A stretch of DNA of 34,610 nucleotides, from positions 1 through 34,610 of the forward strand of contig JBEEGD010000242.1 in the NCBI GenBank assembly GCA_041166685.1. The letters run 5' to 3'. Positions 9,346 to 16,585 of this stretch are shown in pieces. The stretch's first letter is position 1, and the number at the start of each line of letters is the position of its first letter. Below the pieces are notes generated by a model that saw only the letters and a program-made list of their open reading frames with translations, was not told where the DNA came from and ran no database searches. Made by a program: the position numbers and the translations under genes. Source of the DNA: Acidimicrobiaceae bacterium. Its GTDB lineage: Bacteria > Actinomycetota > Acidimicrobiia > Acidimicrobiales > JACDCH01.

Positions 9346-10382
9346 GCGCCCCGGAGGGCGTGCTCGACACAAAGGGGATGTGGGACGCGGCCGCGGCGTT
9401 TCCTGAGCAGGTCGAGGACGCCGCGTCGCAAGCACAATCACTGATCGGGCTGCCGTCACACGACGAGATCGAGAACGTCGTGGTGCTCGGGATGGGCGGC
9501 AGCGGGATCGCCGGCGATCTGATGACGGCGCTGGCCGGTCCGTTCATGCCTGTTCCGATCGTCGTGACGAAGGGCTATGAGCCCCCCAGTTTTGTAGGGC
9601 CGTCCACGTTGTGCTTTGCGCTGTCGTTTTCCGGCGACACGGAGGAGACCATCGAAGCGGCACAGACTGCTGCGCTCTCGGGTGCGCGAATGGTGGTGAT
9701 CGCCAAGGGCGGTCAGTTGGCTCGACTCGCACGATCGTGGGACGCCACGTTGATCGGGTTGCCTGACGGCATCCCGTATCCGCGCGCCGCACTCGGAGCC
9801 ATGAGCATCCCGACGATGCTCGTGCTCGAGCAGACCGGGCTCTTCCCGGGAGCAAGTGGTTGGATCAATCTCGCGGTTCAACAGCTGAAAGTGCGCCGCG
9901 ACGAACTACTGAACGACAACAACCCGGCGCGTGACATGGCGCGGCGTCTTGGACGGACGATGCCGATCATCTATGGCGGCGGGGGACTCGGCGCGACCGC
10001 GGCGCTGCGGTGGAAGAACGAGATGAACGAGAACCCAAAAGTGCCGGCGTTCATCCACACCGTGCCTGAACTGATGCACAACGAGATCTGCGGGTGGGGC
10101 CAGCACGGCGACATCACCCGGCAGGTGTTCTCGCTGGTCCTGCTCCGGCACGATCACGAGCATCCGCAGATCATGCGCCGCTTCGATCTCGTTCGACAGT
10201 GGACCGAGGAGGTCGTCGCTGGCGTGGAGGAGCTTCATGCCGAAGGGGACGGCCCGCTGGCCCAGGCGTTCGACCTCATGTTCTTCGGGACCATGACCAG
10301 CCTCTGGATGGCGGCGGCCGAAGGGGTCGACCCCGGGCCGATCACCGTGCTCGAAGACATCAAGGCCGCAATGGCGCAGTAA
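9342..10382 (+). CDS. Bifunctional phosphoglucose/phosphomannose isomerase (SIS domain)
   Basis: GMGGSGIAG, SFSGDTEET, PRAA, RWKNEMNEN, PELMHNEI. GTGA overlap with the Trm112 stop. Confidence 0.88.
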   Translation: MSAPEGVLDTKGMWDAAAAFPEQVEDAASQAQSLIGLPSHDEIENVVVLGMGGSGIAGDLMTALAGPFMPVPIVVTKGYEPPSFVGPSTLCFALSFSGDTEETIEAAQTAALSGARMVVIAKGGQLARLARSWDATLIGLPDGIPYPRAALGAMSIPTMLVLEQTGLFPGASGWINLAVQQLKVRRDELLNDNNPARDMARRLGRTMPIIYGGGGLGATAALRWKNEMNENPKVPAFIHTVPELMHNEICGWGQHGDITRQVFSLVLLRHDHEHPQIMRRFDLVRQWTEEVVAGVEELHAEGDGPLAQAFDLMFFGTMTSLWMAAAEGVDPGPITVLEDIKAAMAQ

Positions 10383-10401
10383 GGTTCGTGGCGCTTGCGC
10401 T

Positions 10402-10481
10402 GTCATGAGCGGACCAGCGGGTCCCAGCCAAGCCTCCAGTTCCGAGTTCATCGCGTTCCTACGGAGGTAGCCGCTCATGGC
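10402..10481 (+). promoter_or_regulatory. Structured 5' leader of ahcY (candidate riboswitch/translational control)
   Basis: GTCATGAGCGG (10402-12) pairs with CCGCTCATGGC (10471-81, contains the AUG). GCCTCC (10432-37) pairs with the SD GGAGGT (10463-68). Confidence 0.45.
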
Positions 10482-11886
10482 TGATGACTTCAAAGTTGCT
10501 GACCTGTCCCTTGCCGCGTTCGGTCGCAAGGAGATCGAGCTCGCCGAGCACGAGATGCCGGGTCTGATGGCGTTGCGGGCCGAGTTCACCGACGCGCAAC
10601 CGCTCGCCGGTGCACGCATCACGGGCTCGCTGCACATGACCATCCAGACAGCCGTTCTGATCGAGACACTGACCGCGCTGGGCGCCGAGGTTCGGTGGTG
10701 CAGCTGCAACATCTTCTCGACGCAGGACCACGCGGCCGCGGCCATCGCGGAATCGGGGGTGCCCGTCTACGCCTGGAAGGGCGAGACGCTCGAGGAGTAC
10801 TGGTGGTGCACCGAGAAGGTCCTGCGCTGGCCCGACGGGGGAGGACCGAACCTCATCCTCGACGACGGCGGCGATGCCACCCTGCTCGTGCACAAGGGCA
10901 CCGAATACGAGGCCGCCGGGGCCGTACCCGACCCCACCGACGACGACAGCGACGAGTGGACTGTCGTGCTGGGTCTACTGAAGCGAACCCTCGCGGAAGA
11001 GCCGAAGCTCTGGACCGCGATCGGGGAAGGCATCAAGGGTGTGTCCGAAGAGACGACCACCGGAGTGCACCGGCTCTACCAGATGATGGAGGCGGGCACG
11101 CTGCTGTTCCCGGCGATCAACGTGAACGACTCGGTCACGAAGTCGAAGTTCGACAACCTGTACGGCATCCGTCACTCGCTGATCGACGGCATCAACCGCG
11201 CGACGGACGTGATGATCGGCGGCAAGGTCGCAGTGGTCTGTGGCTACGGCGATGTCGGCAAGGGTTGTGCCGAGTCACTCCGAGGCCAAGGCGCGCGCGT
11301 GATCGTCACTGAGGTCGATCCGATCTGCGCGTTGCAGGCAGCGATGGAGGGTTTCGAGGTCACCACGCTCGAGCGCGTGCTCGACAAGGCCGACATCTTC
11401 ATCACGGCCACCGGCAACAAGGACATCATCTCGGCTCAGCACATGGGCAAGATGAAGCACGGCGCGATCGTCGGCAACATCGGCCACTTCGACAATGAGA
11501 TCGACATGGCCGGTCTCGCCCGCATGAGCGACGTGCAGCGCGTCACGATCAAGCCGCAAGTCGACGAGTTCGTGTTTCCCGACGGGCATTCGATCATCGT
11601 GTTGGCCGAGGGTCGCCTCCTGAACCTCGGGTGTGCCACCGGACATCCGAGTTTCGTGATGTCGTGCAGCTTCAGCAACCAAGTGCTCGCGCAGCTGGAC
11701 CTCCACGCGTCGTCTGAGTTCCTCGACAAGAAGGTGTACACGCTGCCCAAGCACCTCGACGAGAAGGTCGCTCGCCTTCATCTCGACGCGCTGGGTGTGA
11801 AGCTCACCGAACTCTCGAAGGACCAAGCCGAGTACATCGGCGTCCCCGTCGACGGCCCCTACAAGCCCGACCACTACCGCTACTAG
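10477..11886 (+). CDS. ahcY: Adenosylhomocysteinase (SAH hydrolase)
   Basis: [54 protein letters not shown]-terminal PYKPDHYRY. Confidence 0.99.
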   Translation: MADDFKVADLSLAAFGRKEIELAEHEMPGLMALRAEFTDAQPLAGARITGSLHMTIQTAVLIETLTALGAEVRWCSCNIFSTQDHAAAAIAESGVPVYAWKGETLEEYWWCTEKVLRWPDGGGPNLILDDGGDATLLVHKGTEYEAAGAVPDPTDDDSDEWTVVLGLLKRTLAEEPKLWTAIGEGIKGVSEETTTGVHRLYQMMEAGTLLFPAINVNDSVTKSKFDNLYGIRHSLIDGINRATDVMIGGKVAVVCGYGDVGKGCAESLRGQGARVIVTEVDPICALQAAMEGFEVTTLERVLDKADIFITATGNKDIISAQHMGKMKHGAIVGNIGHFDNEIDMAGLARMSDVQRVTIKPQVDEFVFPDGHSIIVLAEGRLLNLGCATGHPSFVMSCSFSNQVLAQLDLHASSEFLDKKVYTLPKHLDEKVARLHLDALGVKLTELSKDQAEYIGVPVDGPYKPDHYRY

Positions 11887-11891
11887 CCCAT

Positions 11892-11935
11892 TCTGGCGTC
11901 CCGTCGTCCGGTATCCCGGATCCCGGGACGCCAGA
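11892..11935. repeat. Imperfect palindrome, TCTGGCGTC family (terminator or REP-like)
   Basis: TCTGGCGTCCCG-tcg-TCCGG-tatc-CCGGA-tcc-CGGGACGCCAGA between convergent genes. Same outer arms as 24382..24428. Confidence 0.75.
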
Positions 11936-11942
11936 TGCCGTG

Positions 11943-12545
11943 TTACTCGGCGCCGATGACGGTTTCGGGTTCGGGGTGCTCCAGTGAGAGACGTTCGAGC
12001 CAGAAGTGCACGTTGGGTCCGATCGTGAAGGCGAACAGGAGCGTGCCGGCACCTAGGCCGCCGCCGAGCGCGAACCCAACGGCGAGCACCGCGACCTCGA
12101 GGATCGTGCGGACCACGCGTACGGAGTAGCCGCGGGCGGCCAGCGCGGTCATGAGACCGTCGCGGGGGCCTGGCCCCATGCCAACGCCGATGTAGAAGCC
12201 GGAGCCGGGTCCGAAGAGGAACGTGCCGACGAGGAGAAAGGCGATCCGAACTCCGATCGGCGGGTGATCCGGTAGTACCGCGAGGAGGACATCGATCGTG
12301 AGACCGATCAGCACGACGTTGAACAGTGTGCCGATGCCGTAACGCTCCTTCAGCGGCAACCACAAGAGAAGAACGACGAAACCGACGATGATCGCAACGG
12401 TGCCGATGCCCAAGCTCGTGTGCTTGGCGATGCCTTGGTGCAGTACGTCCCACGGCGCAAGCCCGAGGTCGGCGTCGATCATCAACGAAACGCCGGAGCC
12501 GCAGAGCAACAGCCCGAAGACCAGACGAGGTAGTCGGCGGGCCAT
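11943..12545 (-). CDS. YczE/YyaS-like membrane protein
   Basis: LGLAPWDVLHQG, GIGT, GPGPRDGLM and GAGTLLFAFTIGP motifs in a hydrophobic protein. Confidence 0.85.
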   Translation of the reverse strand: MARRLPRLVFGLLLCGSGVSLMIDADLGLAPWDVLHQGIAKHTSLGIGTVAIIVGFVVLLLWLPLKERYGIGTLFNVVLIGLTIDVLLAVLPDHPPIGVRIAFLLVGTFLFGPGSGFYIGVGMGPGPRDGLMTALAARGYSVRVVRTILEVAVLAVGFALGGGLGAGTLLFAFTIGPNVHFWLERLSLEHPEPETVIGAE

Positions 12546-12574
12546 GGCGGCCCGAGGTTATCGACGCGTCGCGG

Positions 12575-13798
12575 CTACCAAGCAGCCGAATTGAACCCCG
12601 ATCCGACCTTCACCGGTGCGCTACCCGACCACTTCCACAGGTCATGATTGGTGTCGACCCACAACAGGAATCGGCCCGAATCATCCGCGTCGAGCGACGT
12701 CGGTGTTGCTGCAGGCTTCACCAGCTGTACCACCTTGCCGTTCGCCGGGTTGTACGACGAGATCCGATCGCCGTCGAAGAACGCGATCGTGCCGAATCGT
12801 CCGCGAGGGGTGGGAGCGGAACCCGTTATCTCCGGCGGCAGCCGCGTCGAAGAGATGATCGACGGAGGTGTGGTTGGGCTCATGTCACCGGTCAGGAGGT
12901 TGATCGTGACGAACTCACAGCGTTCGGTCTGCGCAACCGCTTGCGTGGGTTCCTTCGGACCGGCCGCATCGAGCGGGATCACGGTGGCCTTGGTGAACGT
13001 CTGCTCGCCGCTGGCGTCCCCTTCGAACAACACCAACACGAGCGGCTGGTCGGTCGACGGAACCGCGATCTGCTTCGAGAACGGCTGGAGCTCGGTCGAA
13101 CCACCCATGACGAAGTCCTGAACCAACGACGTCGTCGAACCGAACGGCCGTAGCTGCACGCCGACTTGAGCCTCGAACGCGACGCTCTGACCCGACAGCG
13201 TCAATTGTGATGGAAGTGCGTCGTGTGGCTTCGGCGCATCGACCTTGATGTCGTCGGCAGTTGCACCGAGCACGACCCACCCCCGCGGGGGCTGCTGTGC
13301 GACCTGCACCAGCGTCCGTGCGCTCCCGCGGTCGTTCGGAAAGATCTCGACGTCCGCACGAGAGCTGTCGGCGTTGAGGATCACGCCCACGCGGGCGTGA
13401 GTCATGCCGAGATAGTCGACCGCGAAGCTCTTCGCGGCCGCCTCCGGAGTGTCGAACGAGCGGTTCATCGAGTCGAACGGCCAGATCGCGGTGTTCGGGT
13501 TCGCAGGAATCACGCTCGCGGGCGTCGTGTTGGCCGTCGTCGTCGTCGACGACGGCGCGGTCGTGGTCGAAGCCGCAATCCCCACCTTCACCGTGTTGCC
13601 GTTGTCACGACGAAGCAGCGCGACGGCGCCGATGACGAGTGCCAGCGCCGCGGCGACACCGAGTACGGCCAGGCCTGTGCGGCGCGTCACGCCGAGCCGC
13701 CGGTTGATGCGATCGAGGGCATCGTTTTCATCCTTTGGTTCGACCGCGTTGGCGCGGGCGGCCATGGCCTCGGCGAGACGAGACTCGATGTCGTTCAT
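12575..13798 (-). CDS. Single-pass membrane protein with Gmad2-like Ig domain; probable anti-sigma factor
   Basis: Short helical N-terminus (MNDIESRLAEAMAARA), one TM, Thr-rich linker, IKVDAP...LTLSGQSVAFEAQV Gmad2-like segment. ATGA overlap with the ECF sigma gene. Confidence 0.65.
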   Translation of the reverse strand: MNDIESRLAEAMAARANAVEPKDENDALDRINRRLGVTRRTGLAVLGVAAALALVIGAVALLRRDNGNTVKVGIAASTTTAPSSTTTTANTTPASVIPANPNTAIWPFDSMNRSFDTPEAAAKSFAVDYLGMTHARVGVILNADSSRADVEIFPNDRGSARTLVQVAQQPPRGWVVLGATADDIKVDAPKPHDALPSQLTLSGQSVAFEAQVGVQLRPFGSTTSLVQDFVMGGSTELQPFSKQIAVPSTDQPLVLVLFEGDASGEQTFTKATVIPLDAAGPKEPTQAVAQTERCEFVTINLLTGDMSPTTPPSIISSTRLPPEITGSAPTPRGRFGTIAFFDGDRISSYNPANGKVVQLVKPAATPTSLDADDSGRFLLWVDTNHDLWKWSGSAPVKVGSGFNSAAW

Positions 13799-14355
13799 CG
13801 CCGACTCTCCAACTCTCGGGCCAAGGCATCGAGGCCCCGGCGGGTGTGGGTCTTCACGGTGCCGGCGCCGATCCCCAGGGTCTCCGCGATCGCCGACTCC
13901 GGCAGGTCCAGGTAGAAGCGCAGCACCAACACGTCGCGCTGCCGATCGGGCAGCGTTCGCAAGGCGTCGAGCACCGCGCGCTGATCGTCGGCGATGAGCG
14001 CAGTGGTTTCGGCAGAGACGGCGTCACCGCGGCCGACCACCCGTAATCGGTTGCGCACTTGTCGCTTTCGGAGATGCGAACGAGCTCCATTGAGGACGGC
14101 GCTTCGGAGGTAGGCCGGCAGCTTCGTTTCCTCGCGCAGGCGATCGGCCGAACGAAAGACGGCCACAAAGGCGTCCTGGACGACCTCTTCGCAGGTGGCC
14201 GGGTCGTCGACCAAGAGCGATGCCAGCTTCACCAACGACCGGTAGTGCTCGCGGTGCATCTCGGCGAGCGTTGCGGTCGGCCCCACCTCGGACCTCACGG
14301 CCGTCATCATCACCCCTACAGACGCCTCAAGGTGGGGATCGGAGGACACTGTCAT
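13795..14355 (-). CDS. ECF RNA polymerase sigma factor (actinobacterial SigE-like family)
   Basis: EEVVQDAF, AYLRSAVLN, LRTLPDRQRDVLVLRFY, IAETLGIGAGTVKTHTRRG. Start uncertain. Confidence 0.92.
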   Translation of the reverse strand: MTVSSDPHLEASVGVMMTAVRSEVGPTATLAEMHREHYRSLVKLASLLVDDPATCEEVVQDAFVAVFRSADRLREETKLPAYLRSAVLNGARSHLRKRQVRNRLRVVGRGDAVSAETTALIADDQRAVLDALRTLPDRQRDVLVLRFYLDLPESAIAETLGIGAGTVKTHTRRGLDALARELESRR

Positions 14356-14378
14356 AGGGCCGGCGTACAAATTTGTGC

Positions 14379-14996
14379 ATGTTGCTCCCGCGGACGTGCC
14401 CGTTGTGCCACCAAGCGGGCCCGTCTCCGTGTGGTCCGTGCGCGCTTCTACTCGAGCGCGCTCCCGCGTTGCCCGCGCCGCCCGGCGTCGACCGCTGCAT
14501 CGCGGTGCTGGCCTACGAGGACGCCGGACGCGAGCTCGTCGCGCGGTTGAAATACCGCAACGCTCGCAGCACCATTCGCTGGCTCGGCGCCGCCATGGCC
14601 GCGCTCGTCGAGGTCTCCGACGTCGACCTGGTCACCTGGGTGCCAACAACGGTGGATCGGCGGCGTGCGCGCGGGTTCGATCAGGCGGAGCTGTTGGCCC
14701 GAGCCGTCGCACGTCGGATCGGGCAGTCCTGCGGGCCGCTGCTGGTTCGCCGCCGTGGTCCTCCGCAGACCGGGCGAACGCTCGCGGAACGGAGTGTCGG
14801 ACCGGCGCTCGTCGCACGACCGCGATGCCACAGCGTCAGACGCGTGCTGCTGGTGGACGACGTGATCACCACCGGCACGACGATCAGCAGTGCGGCCCAC
14901 GCATTGCGAGCCGGTGGCGTTGGCTACGTCTCCGTTGTCGCGGCCGCGCGAACTCCCCTAAAGCGGAAGTCGGCGGCATCCGACACCTTGGAGTGA
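14379..14996 (+). CDS. comF: ComF-family protein (zinc finger + phosphoribosyltransferase)
   Basis: CPLC..CGPC, LKY, RGFDQAE, LLVDDVITTGTT. Confidence 0.92.
   Translation: MLLPRTCPLCHQAGPSPCGPCALLLERAPALPAPPGVDRCIAVLAYEDAGRELVARLKYRNARSTIRWLGAAMAALVEVSDVDLVTWVPTTVDRRRARGFDQAELLARAVARRIGQSCGPLLVRRRGPPQTGRTLAERSVGPALVARPRCHSVRRVLLVDDVITTGTTISSAAHALRAGGVGYVSVVAAARTPLKRKSAASDTLE
14958..14986 (+). promoter_or_regulatory. Putative sigma-28/WhiG-type promoter inside the comF 3' end
   Basis: CTAAAG-N15-TCCGACAC (TAAA-N16-TCCGAC), ending 6 nt before GTG-ATG at 14993/14996. Confidence 0.55.
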
Positions 14997-15178
14997 TGAG
15001 GCGCAGTTCGATCGACCAGCACGATCTCCACCTTGTCGAAGACTTGCGCGAGTTGTTGGTGATCGACGCGCCCGTCGTGCGCTCCAACGTCGTTCAGGCC
15101 GCCTGCGCGCGGCTGGCGGATGGCGACCACCCCACCGCGCTCGATCTCGCGAGCACGCTCGTCGCCCACTTCGCGTAA
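14996..15178 (+). CDS. 60-aa protein, FlgM-like anti-sigma-28 candidate
   Basis: MRRSSIDQHDLHLVEDLRELLVIDAPVVRSNVVQAACARLADGDHPTALDLASTLVAHFA. TGATG overlap with the comF stop; fills the comF-hpf gap; C-terminal pattern resembles FlgM. Confidence 0.6.
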   Translation: MRRSSIDQHDLHLVEDLRELLVIDAPVVRSNVVQAACARLADGDHPTALDLASTLVAHFA

Positions 15179-15225
15179 CCTCAGGGGGAGCGACCCAACC
15201 CAAACCCCAATCGAAGGGGGCGCGT

Positions 15226-15786
15226 GTGGAGATCACCGTCAGCAGCCGCCACACCGAGGTCTCCGAACTGCTTCGTGAGAGCACGGTCGAAAAGATCGGC
15301 CGACTCGGACGGTTCCTCGAGGGGATGGACCACGCTGAGGTGCACTTCTCCGAAGAGCACGCCCGGCGCAGCGGCGCCGACAAAGAGGTGTGCGAGGTCA
15401 CCCTCGAAGGTCACGGACATCACGTGCGCTGCAAGGTCTCCGCACCCGACGGCTTTGCCGCCGTCGACCTGGCCGTCGAGAAGCTCGAGCATCAGCTCCA
15501 CAAGCTCAAGACGAAGCTCCTCAAGCGCAGCCACACCAACGGCCGGCGGGCCAACGGCAACGGCTCCGCCCCGGTCACGACCCTGGCGGAGGACGATCCG
15601 GCACCCCGACCACGGATAGTGAAGACCAAGGCCTTTCAGATCAAGCCGATGACCCCCGAAGAGGCCATTCTCCAGATGGACCTGATGGGCCACGATTTTT
15701 TCTTCTTCACAAATGCCGATACCGAGCGGGCTGCGGTGGTCTACAAGCGAGATGATGGGGACGTAGGCCTCATCGACCAGGCATAA
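15226..15786 (+). CDS. hpf: Ribosome hibernation promoting factor (long HPF/RaiA)
   Basis: MEITVSSRH..., AAVDLAVEKLEHQL, C-terminal KPMTPEEAILQMDLMGHDFFFF...VVYKRDDG. Confidence 0.95.
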   Translation: MEITVSSRHTEVSELLRESTVEKIGRLGRFLEGMDHAEVHFSEEHARRSGADKEVCEVTLEGHGHHVRCKVSAPDGFAAVDLAVEKLEHQLHKLKTKLLKRSHTNGRRANGNGSAPVTTLAEDDPAPRPRIVKTKAFQIKPMTPEEAILQMDLMGHDFFFFTNADTERAAVVYKRDDGDVGLIDQA

Positions 15787-15832
15787 CTGCCGACTGACTA
15801 GTCTGACTGGTCAGTTCGCAAGGAGCGGTTTC

Positions 15833-16516
15833 ATGCCCGACGACGTCCCCGACGTGATGTCCGACGCAATACGCGTCCTCATCTGCGACGACCACGCCCT
15901 GTTTCGCCGTGGATTGATCATGGTTTTGGAGTCCGAAGAGGGCATTGACGTAGTCGCAGAGGCGGAGGACGGCGAAGAGGCCATCACCAAGGCCGAAGAG
16001 ACCGCTCCCGACGTAGTCCTCATGGACGTGCGCATGCCCCGAATGTCGGGCATCGAGGCCACCCGGGCCATTGCCAACGCCGTCCCCACCGCCAAGATCC
16101 TGATGCTCACCGTGAGCGACGAGGAAGAAGACCTGTACGAGGCGGTAAAGGCTGGTGCCACGGGTTACCTCCTCAAGGAGATCTCCATCGAAGAGGTGGC
16201 GAACGCCATCCGCGCCGTCGTGACGGGTCAGAGTCTGATCTCGCCGTCGATGGCGTCGAAGCTGCTCTCCGAGTTCAACAACCTGGCCAAGCAGGCCCAG
16301 CAGAAGGTCCTCGTACCAAAGCTCACCGATCGCGAGCTCCAAGTGCTCAAACTGGTCGCCCAGGGCATGAGCAACCGCGAGGTGGCCGAAGAGTTGTTCA
16401 TCTCCGAGAACACGGTGAAAAACCACGTGCGCAACATTCTCGAGAAGCTCCACCTGCATTCACGGATGGAAGCGGTCGTCTACGCCGTCCGCGAAAAGCT
16501 TCTCGACATCCACTGA
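15833..16516 (+). CDS. NarL/LuxR-family response regulator (no adjacent kinase)
   Basis: Receiver domain (DDH, LMDVRMP, LLK) plus LTDRELQVL...SENTVKNHVRNILEKL HTH. Confidence 0.95.
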   Translation: MPDDVPDVMSDAIRVLICDDHALFRRGLIMVLESEEGIDVVAEAEDGEEAITKAEETAPDVVLMDVRMPRMSGIEATRAIANAVPTAKILMLTVSDEEEDLYEAVKAGATGYLLKEISIEEVANAIRAVVTGQSLISPSMASKLLSEFNNLAKQAQQKVLVPKLTDRELQVLKLVAQGMSNREVAEELFISENTVKNHVRNILEKLHLHSRMEAVVYAVREKLLDIH

Positions 16517-16585
16517 TACCGCGTTGAATGACTGGCCAGGGCGGCGTGACCCGGCAAAACCGGTCCCGGTAGTCTGGATCGCCTC

